Source of the DNA: a virus
Virus record (IMG/VR): IMGVR_UViG_3300044632_001319
Length of the DNA: 64,000 nucleotides
Reading direction: 5' to 3' (one strand)
A model generated the notes under the pieces. The model saw nothing but the letters and a program-made list of their open reading frames with translations. It did not search any database and was not told where the DNA came from. Shown piece after piece: positions 24,428 through 34,569 of this stretch (its first letter is position 1; every line of letters starts with the position of its first letter). A program made the position numbers and the translations under genes.

Positions 24428-24757
24428 ATGAACAACCCACAAGACGACTTCCACACACAATTGTTAAGATATGGTTTAGATTTAGGATTTTTGGTATCTG
24501 GTTTTTTCGGGGCATTATTGCTCTCGTTTAAAAACAAAAAACAAAAAATAAGCAAATCGATTTCTTGTATTATCGCAGGAACCCTTTCAGCAAATTATTT
24601 AACACCCCTCATATTGAATTTTGCTCCAATATCGATACAGGAAAAAGGAAAATATGCAGTTGCCTTTATGATGGGTTATATGGGATTAAAGGGTCTTGAA
24701 TTTATAATTGATATGATAACTGATTATCTCAAAGCAAAGATTGCGACGAAAAAATAA
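24428..24757 (+). CDS. Putative holin-like three-TM membrane protein
   Basis: Three hydrophobic segments, basic C-terminus, TATACATA late-type box upstream. Confidence 0.55.
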   Translation: MNNPQDDFHTQLLRYGLDLGFLVSGFFGALLLSFKNKKQKISKSISCIIAGTLSANYLTPLILNFAPISIQEKGKYAVAFMMGYMGLKGLEFIIDMITDYLKAKIATKK

Positions 24758-24805
24758 AAGTAGTCATTGACAAATCATAAATACAAGATATAATGGAGAT
24801 CACCC

Positions 24806-25036
24806 ATGACAAAGGAAGTAAATAGAAGCGAACTTATTCATGTTCAAACGACAAAAGATGGTCGTTGCATAGATATGCTTTTAACGCTAAAGGAAATAGA
24901 ACGCGGAGTTGATCGTGCAGTTGATCCAAAGAATGCTAACATGATTTCTGCAAATTGCTCCACTTGCTGGCCCGTGGAAAAACCACCAAAATGTACATTT
25001 TGGGATCGTATTTTATATCGTTGTTCAGAGAAATAA
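24806..25036 (+). CDS. Hypothetical protein
   Basis: Behind TTGACA...TATAAT and GGAG SD. Confidence 0.7.
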   Translation: MTKEVNRSELIHVQTTKDGRCIDMLLTLKEIERGVDRAVDPKNANMISANCSTCWPVEKPPKCTFWDRILYRCSEK

Positions 25037-25049
25037 AGGAGTTAATATA

Positions 25050-25367
25050 ATGTCTGTGAAAATTATTCGTCTATTGAGTGGTGAAGAAATTATTTGTAAC
25101 CTAACTGTAAATAATAATGACACCGTGACTGTAAAGGATCCATCGATTCTTATTCCATCCCCAGAGGGCAAACTTCTACTTGCTAAGTGGATTCCATATG
25201 GCAATGTACAGGATGGTATTACCATTAATACCAGGAATATTATATTCACTGTTGATCCTCAGAAGGAACTTTCAGACCATTTCACAAATGTGGTCGTCAA
25301 TAATCTAGTGGTTCCTGGTAAGAAGTTAATTGATCCATCAACTAGTGGTCTAAAACTGTCAGTTTGA
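25050..25367 (+). CDS. Conserved T4-like small beta-barrel (Sm-like) protein
   Basis: VKIIRLxSGEEII...W.PY pattern; AAGGAG SD. Confidence 0.7.
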   Translation: MSVKIIRLLSGEEIICNLTVNNNDTVTVKDPSILIPSPEGKLLLAKWIPYGNVQDGITINTRNIIFTVDPQKELSDHFTNVVVNNLVVPGKKLIDPSTSGLKLSV

Positions 25368-25405
25368 GCTTGACAACCCACAATTATGTGATATAATTGT
25401 GGTAT

Positions 25406-25479
25406 ATTCCCGTAGCTCAGTTGGATAGAGCAACGGTTTTCTAAACCGTTGGTCAGTGGTTCGAGTCCACTCGGGAATG
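25406..25479 (+). tRNA. tRNA-Arg(UCU)
   Basis: ACGGT-TT-TCT-AA-ACCGT; own promoter TTGACA(25370)-TATAAT(25392). Confidence 0.92.
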
Positions 25480-25550
25480 CTTATATGAATAAAAGCAGAA
25501 TTCGTGTTTATAGTCTAAACGGTCTACCTTATTATAATTGGAGAAAAAAA

Positions 25551-25886
25551 ATGACAAACAATTCAAATCGTAATCTTGTAATCGCCCTTGCTTCTGTTGG
25601 TTTTGCTACTCAAACATTTGTACTAATTTGTGGTGATGCTCTTGCTGCAAATTATGCAAATGTCTTCAATGCATTTGGTTCTCTTGCACTCTTTGTATCT
25701 TTTGTTTGGTATGTTCTAGATCAACCATCGGCAGATGCCAACGAGAAGAATCGTTCAGAGATCTACCGCGACATGGAATCAGTATATCGTTACATCGATG
25801 ATGTTGCTCGCGATCTTCGCGATGAGATTCGTGATTCTGATCGCAATGCCTCTGACTCTCACTGTTCGAAAAATTCACGAAAGTGA
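25551..25886 (+). CDS. Two-TM membrane protein
   Basis: GGAGA SD before MTNNSNRN; two hydrophobic helices. Confidence 0.7.
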   Translation: MTNNSNRNLVIALASVGFATQTFVLICGDALAANYANVFNAFGSLALFVSFVWYVLDQPSADANEKNRSEIYRDMESVYRYIDDVARDLRDEIRDSDRNASDSHCSKNSRK

Positions 25887-25898
25887 TTGTTTGAGTAG

Positions 25899-26117
25899 AT
25901 GATAAAAGTTACATACACTTATTCATTTGATGAATTAAGTGGAAAACCTAAAAGATTCTTAGAATCTAAGACAGATTGCAAAATTTTGGGTTACGGTGTT
26001 TCAATGGACACCGTAACCCTTTCTGTTTTATACGAGACAAACGAGTCGTTTGTACGATTGAATAACGAATTAAAAACTAAATTTAAATTAAAACCAAAAC
26101 AGATCAAAACTGTTTAG
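25899..26117 (+). CDS. Hypothetical protein
   Basis: 72-aa ORF; contains a perfect 12-bp hairpin at 25988-26019. Confidence 0.55.
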   Translation: MIKVTYTYSFDELSGKPKRFLESKTDCKILGYGVSMDTVTLSVLYETNESFVRLNNELKTKFKLKPKQIKTV

Positions 26118-27157
26118 AATGGTCTTCCATAAAAACTATTTTTGCTGTTGTTGTTTTTAAGGACTGGACCAGAAATGGTATTGATACTGGATATGGCATT
26201 TGCTAGGTTATTTGTTATTTGAATAATGCCAGTGGTTGTATCTGTTTGAACTGCTGCATCAGTTTCTGGAGTCGAACAAAATGTTCCAACTGTTATTTCA
26301 GTCGTGATTCCTTTAGAATTACTTGATCTCATTCTGCACTGAGATATCGTGTTGTTATCCGTACAGGAAACAACAACACCATTTGCATATTCGATGCAAG
26401 ATCCAACATCAGTTTCACTTACATTGGGTTCGGTTGAATATGCATCTACTACTGAAACATAAACCAATACTGTGGTCTTAATGTTTGTCAAATCTATTGC
26501 ACTGATGTCACGATCAATGACAATATATTCGTTGCCGTCCGTATCTACATCAATTTCCAGTATTTTGGCAGATTTATCCATGTCTGTTATCTTGATGTAG
26601 TCTCCAACCTTGACACCAAGATAATTAAATGAATTTTTTGTGTTCTTACCAAATCTGTTTTTGATGACAGTTTTATCAGTTGTTGATTTGAAGGTGGTTG
26701 CTACGATATATGGAATTTGTTCAAATCTAGTTTTATCATATCGGTTTATTTTGTTTGATAAAATTGTACCAGATATCACATCTGCTTCAACGATGCCATT
26801 GAAATAACCTCGGAATCTATAAACACCACTCACATTTGCAGTCACATTCAAATTAGGATCATTATAAATTCCGTTGGTTATCGTAATGTTTGTTCCAGAT
26901 TGTATCTGATTGAAAAAATCAAATATTGGTTTTTCTAGATCAGAATTTGTTTGATTTGTGAAGTCAATTAGAACTTTAGTATTACTACTATAGAATACAA
27001 AACTTGGAGTTGAAGTAATTCCTCTATTCAGAGAACTTGTTTCTGATTTGTATTTTTCAACCTTCAGACCATATAAAAACCCCTCACGAACAAGAATTAA
27101 TTTTTCTTGTTTGACTTGAGATTTTTTATTGGATATGTTTAGTTTTCTGTGTATCAC
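26114..27157 (-). CDS. Putative virion structural protein
   Basis: Thr/Asn/Ile-rich beta-type sequence, coupled to 27154..28398. Confidence 0.6.
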   Translation of the reverse strand: MIHRKLNISNKKSQVKQEKLILVREGFLYGLKVEKYKSETSSLNRGITSTPSFVFYSSNTKVLIDFTNQTNSDLEKPIFDFFNQIQSGTNITITNGIYNDPNLNVTANVSGVYRFRGYFNGIVEADVISGTILSNKINRYDKTRFEQIPYIVATTFKSTTDKTVIKNRFGKNTKNSFNYLGVKVGDYIKITDMDKSAKILEIDVDTDGNEYIVIDRDISAIDLTNIKTTVLVYVSVVDAYSTEPNVSETDVGSCIEYANGVVVSCTDNNTISQCRMRSSNSKGITTEITVGTFCSTPETDAAVQTDTTTGIIQITNNLANAISSINTISGPVLKNNNSKNSFYGRPF

Positions 27158-28398
27158 GATCCAATGAATGTTATTGTTGCTGTGCTTGATGCACTTCTAG
27201 CAACGATTGTTGCTATTGAGGAGACTTCTAGGAAGATGACCTCTCCTGGACTTAGAATGTATCCAGTGGTCGGAGAGACTGCTAAAGAATTTCCAATGTA
27301 AATGTCTACTGTGTTTGTAGATGGCGATTTTAGAGTTATTCCAACTCTTAATTGGTCGTTTCCTAGTAGGACTGGTGTGGTGGTAAGAGTTCTTTGACCG
27401 TGTTGGAATCTAGTTGGTCTGGTAGTTGATGCTACGTTTACTTTTGCACCAGCACCAGAGGCATTTACTAGATTTAGAATATCTAAACCGTATCCTGCAT
27501 TTGTTCCAACGGCATCTATATTTGTCTTGAGGTCTTCAATTGCAGAAATTAGATCTGTATCATCAATTGTAACTGATCCAGATACACCAACTGGAACTGC
27601 ACTGTATGCTCCGATTTCAACAGCACCACCAGCAAGACTTCCTTGTATTGTTAATGGAATACCACCAGATAGACCTTGAACCTTAAGTGCGTTATTTACG
27701 TTATCGTTTGTTACACCAATTGTCGATGATAAACTTACACTGAATGTCATTCCTGCGTTGGTGAGTGCTACCTTCAAAGCATCACCAGAAATACCAAGTC
27801 GTGTACCATTTACGTTTAAGTTTGTTTCGACGTATGTTGATCCACCTGGACCATAAACAGATATCGAATCATCGACTGCGAGTAATTGGAATCCACCGCT
27901 GATTCCTACGTTTCCATATACTGTAACACTGTCAGTAGAAGAACTTAATCTTCTTCCACCAGTAATACCTATCGCAGTAGCACCACTTATGCCAAATACA
28001 CCAATGGTATTTAAAACTGCAACAGTACCAGTTATACCAATTGTTGTTCCATCTGTTATTCCCTGGACTCTACCAGATATACTAACTGGAGAATCGGTAG
28101 TAAAGGTTGATCCCTTCACAATCAGTGGTACTGTTGGATTGGTTCGAACATAGAAATCGCCAGTTCCAGATATTGTACCAGATACACCAACTGCTGATCC
28201 AGTAGAACCATAAATCTTTACTGGCGTTGGATATGATTCGGTGACTCTATAAGTGCTATTTTCGTCACCCCATGCAAGCTTTGCAATCTGAGCGTGTGCT
28301 GCACTAAAACCAATTGCTCCACTTGTTCCGTAATCGGTAGCGATAACGGCAGTACCAGAAGCAATCGTAATCTCAATGTTGTCAGCAGTATATGGCAT
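27154..28398 (-). CDS. Putative virion fibre/structural protein
   Basis: Repeated V-x-V-S/T-G beta units; G/S/T/A-rich. Confidence 0.65.
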   Translation of the reverse strand: MPYTADNIEITIASGTAVIATDYGTSGAIGFSAAHAQIAKLAWGDENSTYRVTESYPTPVKIYGSTGSAVGVSGTISGTGDFYVRTNPTVPLIVKGSTFTTDSPVSISGRVQGITDGTTIGITGTVAVLNTIGVFGISGATAIGITGGRRLSSSTDSVTVYGNVGISGGFQLLAVDDSISVYGPGGSTYVETNLNVNGTRLGISGDALKVALTNAGMTFSVSLSSTIGVTNDNVNNALKVQGLSGGIPLTIQGSLAGGAVEIGAYSAVPVGVSGSVTIDDTDLISAIEDLKTNIDAVGTNAGYGLDILNLVNASGAGAKVNVASTTRPTRFQHGQRTLTTTPVLLGNDQLRVGITLKSPSTNTVDIYIGNSLAVSPTTGYILSPGEVIFLEVSSIATIVARSASSTATITFIGS

Positions 28399-28466
28399 AA
28401 ATTATTTCCTTTCAAATATATATACTATTATATTGACATGTATCTAAAGGTCGATATACTGTTATT

Positions 28467-28694
28467 ATGATATTCCACATAACCAAAGAAGAATTTTCCA
28501 GACGAGTTGAAAATTATGTTAAAGAGAATAATTGTTCTTATTTAGATTCAGTTATTCATTTTTTCGAAGAATACTCTTTTGATTTTTCACTTGCTCCAAA
28601 ATTATTGACAAAACCACTTGTTGAAAAAATAGAGCAAGAGGCAAGAGATTTAAACTTTTTACCAAAAATTAAAAATAAATTGCCATTTGGTTGA
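28467..28694 (+). CDS. gp33: Late transcription co-activator, gp33-like
   Basis: FS..VE.YV.E...SYLD...L...L.EKI..EA.DLNFL pattern; next to gp32; leaderless sigma70 promoter at 28433-28460. Confidence 0.85.
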   Translation: MIFHITKEEFSRRVENYVKENNCSYLDSVIHFFEEYSFDFSLAPKLLTKPLVEKIEQEARDLNFLPKIKNKLPFG

Positions 28695-28784
28695 CAAGTG
28701 GCATAACTAGTGTATAATAGAGAAGTGGGGAGTACCCACTACACAAACAAGTCCGAAGGAGATCTTCGGGGAAAGTAAAAGGAT

Positions 28785-29657
28785 ATGAAGAATAATACGA
28801 AAAGCAATATTGATAAGTTGATTGGTCTTCTAGAAGAAAAGTCAGACACCAAGAATTACAAGGATGATCGCTTCTGGCGTCCAGAACAAGATAAGTCAGG
28901 AAACGGATTCGCAATCGTTCGTTTCCTTCCAGGTGTTGAAAACGACATCCCTCTTATTCCACTAAATTCACACGCATTCCAAGGTCCAGGTGGTTGGTAT
29001 ATCGAAAACTGCCTAACAACAATTGGTCAAAAGGATCCAGTTGTTGAACTCAATACCATGCTTTGGAATTCTGGTCTTGATTCTGACAAGGATATCGCTC
29101 GTCAGCGAAAGATCAAGAAGCACTGGATTGCCAACATCTATGTGGTTTCAGATCCAACAAATCCACAAAACGAAGGAAAGGTATTCCTTTTCAAGTTTGG
29201 AGCACAAATCAAGGACATGCTTCTCAATGCAATGAAACCCGAATTTGAGCAAGATGATGCAATCAATCCTTTCAGCATTGATGCTGATGGTGCAAACTTC
29301 CGAATCAAGATCAAGCGAGAGAACGGATACATCACTTACAAGTACAGTAAGTTTGATTCACAGAACGCTCTTTCACAAGATGAATCTGCAAAGAGTCGTA
29401 TTCTGAAGTCTCAATATGCATTGAAACCATTCAATGACGCATCAAACTTCAAGTCTTACGATGAACTCAAGGCACGAATGAACGAAGTTCTTGGTGGTGA
29501 CGTTCGTGGTGTTGCTTCACCTCAGAAAACCGCTGAAGATGTTGCAGACGAACTGGTAGAGAAGAAACCATCTCTCAAGTCGAAAAAACCAGTAGAGCAA
29601 GACGTTGATGATGAATCAGATGCTCTCTCGTACTTTCAGAGACTAGCACAAGAGTAA
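28785..29657 (+). CDS. gp32: Single-stranded DNA-binding protein, gp32-like
   Basis: DDRFWRP..DKSGNG.A..RFLP, HAFQGPGGWYIENCLTT, NEGKVFLFKFG, acidic tail ending YFQRLA. Confidence 0.95.
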   Translation: MKNNTKSNIDKLIGLLEEKSDTKNYKDDRFWRPEQDKSGNGFAIVRFLPGVENDIPLIPLNSHAFQGPGGWYIENCLTTIGQKDPVVELNTMLWNSGLDSDKDIARQRKIKKHWIANIYVVSDPTNPQNEGKVFLFKFGAQIKDMLLNAMKPEFEQDDAINPFSIDADGANFRIKIKRENGYITYKYSKFDSQNALSQDESAKSRILKSQYALKPFNDASNFKSYDELKARMNEVLGGDVRGVASPQKTAEDVADELVEKKPSLKSKKPVEQDVDDESDALSYFQRLAQE

Positions 29658-29670
29658 ATTTAGACAACCT

Positions 29671-30639
29671 TTAACCTAAAACAGTCCTCCAGTTTGGAGG
29701 ACTGTTCATTTTATCAACAAATGATTCTATGGTTGTTGATCTGGTGGTGATATTATTGAAATCCCTTGCACCACTGGTATTTAATGTGGTTGCTGCTGGA
29801 ATCGAATTTCCTGCTATGATTTGACCATCACGCATTTCAACAAATTCTTGTTGACCATCGGTTGGTTTTCCAGTTTGATTTTTTGCCATGACCATCAGTG
29901 CTTCATCTCTTTCTCTCTCACGGGTTTGAACTAATCTTTCATTGTTCTCTGATATTTCTGCTGCACTATCGTAAAGAGTTTGATTCTGTTCTATTTTAAT
30001 ATTTTCAGACTCATAGAAATTGATGGTGTTTTCTTTGAGTCGTGCATCAAATTCCGTATTCAGTACAGTCTTTGGGAGATATGACATTTCAGCGTAATTC
30101 GACAACGCACCCTGTGTTAGATCGTGTAACACATCATATGATCTCTTAAGATCTATATTTTTAGATTTGACTTGAGATTCCGAATACGAATAATCAGAAG
30201 GAACAGACGGCAAGAAGGTGTCGATTCGTCTTATATCCAATACTGGTTGTATTGGACCAGAATTTACTGCTTGCTCCATCAACTTAATTTTATCGTTTCC
30301 ACTTTCCAAGAAAATTAATTCAGACTCTCCACTTGGTTTGGAATCCGTGGATGAGTTTTTTTTTAATTCTTCTGGATTCGTTGTACCAGATGCTAGAGCA
30401 TTGTTTACTATTTGGTTTGTAGTATTTTCTTGCATTCTGGTTGATGACGAAGATCCTCTTGGGTTTACAGTCACATTAACATTAAAATTATTATTCACGA
30501 CACCAGATGCATTTTCTGATTGCTCTTCCTGTTGTGGTAAATTTTCATTTATTTGAGAACCACCAGAATTGATTGCAACCATGTTGCCATCAAAGGCATC
30601 ACCCAATTCTTTATTTGCAATTGATCTGTTATCGTCCAT
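29671..30639 (-). CDS. Hypothetical protein, possibly hub or tail-length related
   Basis: 322-aa ORF directly downstream of gp26/gp51; function inferred from position only. Confidence 0.55.
   Translation of the reverse strand: MDDNRSIANKELGDAFDGNMVAINSGGSQINENLPQQEEQSENASGVVNNNFNVNVTVNPRGSSSSTRMQENTTNQIVNNALASGTTNPEELKKNSSTDSKPSGESELIFLESGNDKIKLMEQAVNSGPIQPVLDIRRIDTFLPSVPSDYSYSESQVKSKNIDLKRSYDVLHDLTQGALSNYAEMSYLPKTVLNTEFDARLKENTINFYESENIKIEQNQTLYDSAAEISENNERLVQTRERERDEALMVMAKNQTGKPTDGQQEFVEMRDGQIIAGNSIPAATTLNTSGARDFNNITTRSTTIESFVDKMNSPPNWRTVLG
29679..29707. terminator. Hairpin at the convergence of gp32 and the - strand operon
   Basis: AACAGTCCTCCA-GTT-TGGAGGACTGTT. Confidence 0.7.
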
Positions 30640-30835
30640 GTCTGTTTGCCTTTTCTTGTAGTTTCTTTAGATTCTGATCCTCAATATGCTGCCTCAGTTG
30701 TTCTACAAAAATGTCCCTTTCCCATGGGATCATATTTTCTATGTCTGTTAAACTTTGTTTTTGTATATACATCAAATTAAAGTTTAACTTAAATATGCTG
30801 TTTAGACTTGTGTAGCTGAGGCAGATTGAAAAAAA
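30629..30835 (-). CDS. gp51: Baseplate hub assembly protein gp51-like (not in the ORF track)
   Basis: Hand translation ...SLNSIFKLNFNLMYIQKQSLTDIENMIPWERDIFVEQL...; frame opens at a T7 run in gp26. Confidence 0.8.
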   Translation of the reverse strand, partial: FFSICLSYTSLNSIFKLNFNLMYIQKQSLTDIENMIPWERDIFVEQLRQHIEDQNLKKLQEKANRHGR

Positions 30836-31518
30836 TCACGAATCCCCTTTAGCATTAATGTTCTTTCAACCTGATCTGATGTTTTATATTTTATTTCATG
30901 TTGAATCTTTGGCATGGTCTTGAAGAAGTCAATCAGTTTATTAAATTGAATCTTTGTTAGTAATTCTACAAATTCTTGAATTTCTTCTTTAGATGCATTT
31001 TTTGTTTCTATTAGTTCCTTTTGAGTCTGGATTGATTCTATGCATTTGAGCATCATGTCATAATAATCATCAGTTTCTTCTTTGTCGATAAAGTCTCTTA
31101 AATTTGGATATCTTAATTTAACTATAAAATTATCTAAATTTATTTCGTTTGTGTGGTTTTTATTTAAAACTGGTTTTATGTCTTCCAGATTCAAATATAA
31201 AGTAATCTTTTCCTTTGTGTGTGGACACACAATAGTTGGTTCTATTATTTCTCCTATCGATTTGCATCTTAGTTTGACAAAGAAATATTCGATATCAAAT
31301 ATTGGTAACTTTTCCACATCCTTCATCTCAAAGCAAGACTCTATCACCGATCCCAAAGTAGTCAGGAAATCTTGAGTGTTTCCTGTGCTGTTTGCCATCA
31401 GTAGTGCTTTTTCTTCCTTAACTGTAAAGGGTCTGAATTTTATTTTCTTTCCAGTAGAAGGTTGAATTGTGTTGTACTTAGGCAGCGAATTCCTCAAATT
31501 ATCTAAAAATTCTCTCAT
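30802..31518 (-). CDS. gp26: Baseplate hub assembly protein gp26-like
   Basis: PSTGKKIKFRPFTVKEEKALL, FDIEY.F..LR.KSIGE, FFKTMPK, G..DFF. Confidence 0.92.
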   Translation of the reverse strand: MREFLDNLRNSLPKYNTIQPSTGKKIKFRPFTVKEEKALLMANSTGNTQDFLTTLGSVIESCFEMKDVEKLPIFDIEYFFVKLRCKSIGEIIEPTIVCPHTKEKITLYLNLEDIKPVLNKNHTNEINLDNFIVKLRYPNLRDFIDKEETDDYYDMMLKCIESIQTQKELIETKNASKEEIQEFVELLTKIQFNKLIDFFKTMPKIQHEIKYKTSDQVERTLMLKGIRDFFQSASATQV

Positions 31519-31525
31519 GATTACC

Positions 31526-32203
31526 TCATATGTAAATATACTCTTTATACTGAAATGATACGGTAAAAGTTGGATATCCAGATCCGTCTGATGCTAATGT
31601 CAGTGGACTAATTGTTGCTGGATATGCTTCCTTTAATACTACTGTTCTGTTTGGTTGCTTGGTTTGACTGTTCAAGCAATTTATGACAACAGTCCCAACT
31701 CCACCATAATAGTCAACATAGTCATTAAATTTAGAATTTCCAAAGTTGGCATTCTTATCTTGTACACCACCACTGGAAAGACTTTGTGTTATTGTATTAA
31801 ATTGTTGACCAGTTAGTTGTGGTACAGTTGGTTCACTTGTTGAATTTTGTTGTGTATCCAGTGCAATTTGTTGCTCAACCGTTCTTGAATCATTGCGAAT
31901 TATGGTATTCATCCAAGACTCGATATATGTTCTTTCTGCCCAATCCTGATATACTATAAAAGACATACTGCATTGGGTATAACCTCTTTTATATGGCACT
32001 TTACGAATGGCTCCCCATATATCATGGTCGTATGTAATGAATAATCTTCCAGGAAGAACAACATTCATGGGATAGCAGATTATTGGTGTTCCATTACCTT
32101 GAGCAAGAACCACCTCATACATACCAGATATCTGTGGACCGCCCCTAGACAGAACGTCTTCTCTGAATTGAGTTATGGTTTCGCTTACTTTACTTGTTGC
32201 CAT
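31526..32203 (-). CDS. gp54: Baseplate tail-tube initiator gp54 / tube-like protein
   Basis: VLPGR...G..RKVPY...F...D..ER...E.W...L.EAYP...VSF.Y tube fold pattern. Confidence 0.7.
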   Translation of the reverse strand: MATSKVSETITQFREDVLSRGGPQISGMYEVVLAQGNGTPIICYPMNVVLPGRLFITYDHDIWGAIRKVPYKRGYTQCSMSFIVYQDWAERTYIESWMNTIIRNDSRTVEQQIALDTQQNSTSEPTVPQLTGQQFNTITQSLSSGGVQDKNANFGNSKFNDYVDYYGGVGTVVINCLNSQTKQPNRTVVLKEAYPATISPLTLASDGSGYPTFTVSFQYKEYIYI

Positions 32204-32639
32204 CGAATAGCTCTTTTTCTGTAAGTATTATAAACTTCCATGAATTAGATTCGCAAAACTGTTTTGCTGCTTCCCACTTACTGGTATTTATAGCATAAGT
32301 AATATTTTCATTAATAAAAGATCTTTTTGATTTTCTTTTGCCCATTTCTGGTTTTTTTGTTTGTTTTGCTGGTTTGATCTCGACAATCATTGTTTCTACT
32401 TCACCGCCTTTACTTCTTTTCTCGACAATAAAGTCTGGAATGTATTGGTGTACTAGATTGTCTACGGGTGATTTATAGGGTATACGAAGAGTCTCAAATG
32501 ACCATCTTAGGATATTTACATTCTCGTCTAAGAATTTGCAAAATTTTCTTTCCCACAACGACCTACAGATAATATTATTTGGATCACCTATATATTTTGT
32601 AGTATTCTTTGGTGTAAATCTAGTTTTGTAGGGCATCAA
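32190..32639 (-). CDS. gp4: Head completion nuclease gp4-like (TnsA-like)
   Basis: F.PKN..KY.GDP..I..RSLWERKF, IPY, Y.PDF, EIKP, KWEAA, ILTE. Confidence 0.92.
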   Translation of the reverse strand: MMPYKTRFTPKNTTKYIGDPNNIICRSLWERKFCKFLDENVNILRWSFETLRIPYKSPVDNLVHQYIPDFIVEKRSKGGEVETMIVEIKPAKQTKKPEMGKRKSKRSFINENITYAINTSKWEAAKQFCESNSWKFIILTEKELFDGNK

Positions 32640-32657
32640 AATATTTAGGAGAAAATA

Positions 32658-33620
32658 ATGCCAGGTTATGTATCAAACGTAGCATCGCTTCAAGAATCAA
32701 CTGGAACATTTGTTTTTCCTAATGATGGAGAATTGGTCAGTAGCATACCATTATGGATGAAATTCTATTGTTTTGAGTATTCAAACACCGCACTCAATAG
32801 GGTTGCTTCGTATTTAAGATCCCAGAATCTTGCAAATGTTCCTGGACTTTCAAATCTGAAAGCACAGATTTATGTTCCAGCACCAACAGCATACGAATCG
32901 CTCACTTCTCTGCAATACAATCGGTCAGTAACTACTGCTGGTAATGCACTTCCTGGTCTATTAAACAAATTAGCAGACATGGCAAAGACATCCACGAATC
33001 CTTTTATAAAAGCAGTAGTAGATGGTGTGTCTCAGATTGCAGATGACGCAGAACAAACTGCAAAATTATTAGGAACAATTGCTGGTGGTGGATTTGGATA
33101 TGGTCAAGACATACCATTAGACTTAAACGATCTACAATTCGTCGGTGCTGGATCATATAGATCGTATGATATTAGATTATATTTGCCATGCTTATCCGTA
33201 GAGGATTCTATGAAAGCAGGAAAGATAATTAGATCATTTGAAGCACTGGCATTGCCTACAGCATTATCGGTGGGCGGTATTTTTGCAACTAGATATTTCC
33301 ACCCACCACTCTGGGTATTTGGAATTGGACCAGTTGATAGTATGAAGTTCGATCCTGACTGGACTGGATATCCACAATTGTGTGTGTTGCAATCCATTAA
33401 GGTAAGAAAGACCGCTGTAGATGCTAATTCAGTTTCTGCCTTCTATGATAATGCATCATTCAAACCCGTTGCATATTCAATAAGTTTACTATTCAGAGAA
33501 CTAGAACCAGCAATAAGAGTAGTCGGTCTTGGTGATCAGGTTGGAACCACCATAACAAATAGATCTGGTGCTATAATCGGAACTGGTACTAACATTGCAG
33601 CAAAGGTAACTGGACAGTAA
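32658..33620 (+). CDS. gp48: Baseplate tail-tube cap gp48-like
   Basis: Divergent from gp4 and upstream of gp53; F.G..R.Y...P.S..D...I..F, HPP, CVL, L.FRELE. Confidence 0.7.
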   Translation: MPGYVSNVASLQESTGTFVFPNDGELVSSIPLWMKFYCFEYSNTALNRVASYLRSQNLANVPGLSNLKAQIYVPAPTAYESLTSLQYNRSVTTAGNALPGLLNKLADMAKTSTNPFIKAVVDGVSQIADDAEQTAKLLGTIAGGGFGYGQDIPLDLNDLQFVGAGSYRSYDIRLYLPCLSVEDSMKAGKIIRSFEALALPTALSVGGIFATRYFHPPLWVFGIGPVDSMKFDPDWTGYPQLCVLQSIKVRKTAVDANSVSAFYDNASFKPVAYSISLLFRELEPAIRVVGLGDQVGTTITNRSGAIIGTGTNIAAKVTGQ

Positions 33621-33621
33621 T

Positions 33622-34569
33622 ATGCTTTTTAAGAATTATCCACAAATAACTTATCGTATAGGATCCAAAGATATAACATTAGTTGATATTTTTAAAAATA
33701 TAGCATTCACTAATGTAGAAAATAACAACGCATTTGATGATTACTACATTCAGGACGGAGAAAGTCCCGAAAATATATCTGCAAAGATTTATGGATCTAC
33801 ATCTTATGCTTGGATAATTTTACTAGTTAATAATATAGTGCATATCAAAAATGATTGGTTTATTAGTGCTTCAGAATTTGATCAGAGAACACAATCACAG
33901 TTGGGTGGAGATGCAATTTACATAGCAGCATTACCAGATATTCAACCTGGTGATATTATGGTTAAAGTTTTAACCGAAACTGATGGGTTTGCACAAACCG
34001 TGGATATTCAAAATTACAGACACGTTGCGGAATTTGATCGCAATCTTAGAAAAGTAAGAGGAATATCTGGTGCTGGTAATATAACACTAGGCAACTTAGT
34101 TGTTTTTGCAAGACTTAATGCAGATGGTTCTGTTGTTCCATTACAATTTAATAATCAAGCACAAACACCAACACCCACAGACTTCACAAATGTAATACAC
34201 ACAGAAAAGTACATAAACAGTGTTGATTATTTCATAACAGGAAACAACGTAGTTCTAAATCCATATTTGAATATTGGGTATCCTGGTCCTAGTGGAATTT
34301 CACCATCTACCACATTTGTTGATGCATCGGCAGGCATCTATATCAAAGACAATTTTGCGGATACCTTATTGTTCTACTATATGGATAACGAAGGTGTATT
34401 GCCATCAGGGGTATCGAAAGTATCCGTGGGTACAGAAAATTACAATAAATACATTGAGAACCAAAAAATTCGAATATTAAAACCAGAATTACTTTCTACT
34501 GTAATTTCTGCGATAGAGAATGCACTAAATGGTGACAACGTAGGAAAGATCTTTAAAGTTGAATTATAA
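33622..34569 (+). CDS. gp53: Baseplate wedge gp53-like
   Basis: F..YP.I.Y, YYIQDGESPE.IS.KIYG....WIILL.NNI, IRILKPE. Confidence 0.88.
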   Translation: MLFKNYPQITYRIGSKDITLVDIFKNIAFTNVENNNAFDDYYIQDGESPENISAKIYGSTSYAWIILLVNNIVHIKNDWFISASEFDQRTQSQLGGDAIYIAALPDIQPGDIMVKVLTETDGFAQTVDIQNYRHVAEFDRNLRKVRGISGAGNITLGNLVVFARLNADGSVVPLQFNNQAQTPTPTDFTNVIHTEKYINSVDYFITGNNVVLNPYLNIGYPGPSGISPSTTFVDASAGIYIKDNFADTLLFYYMDNEGVLPSGVSKVSVGTENYNKYIENQKIRILKPELLSTVISAIENALNGDNVGKIFKVEL

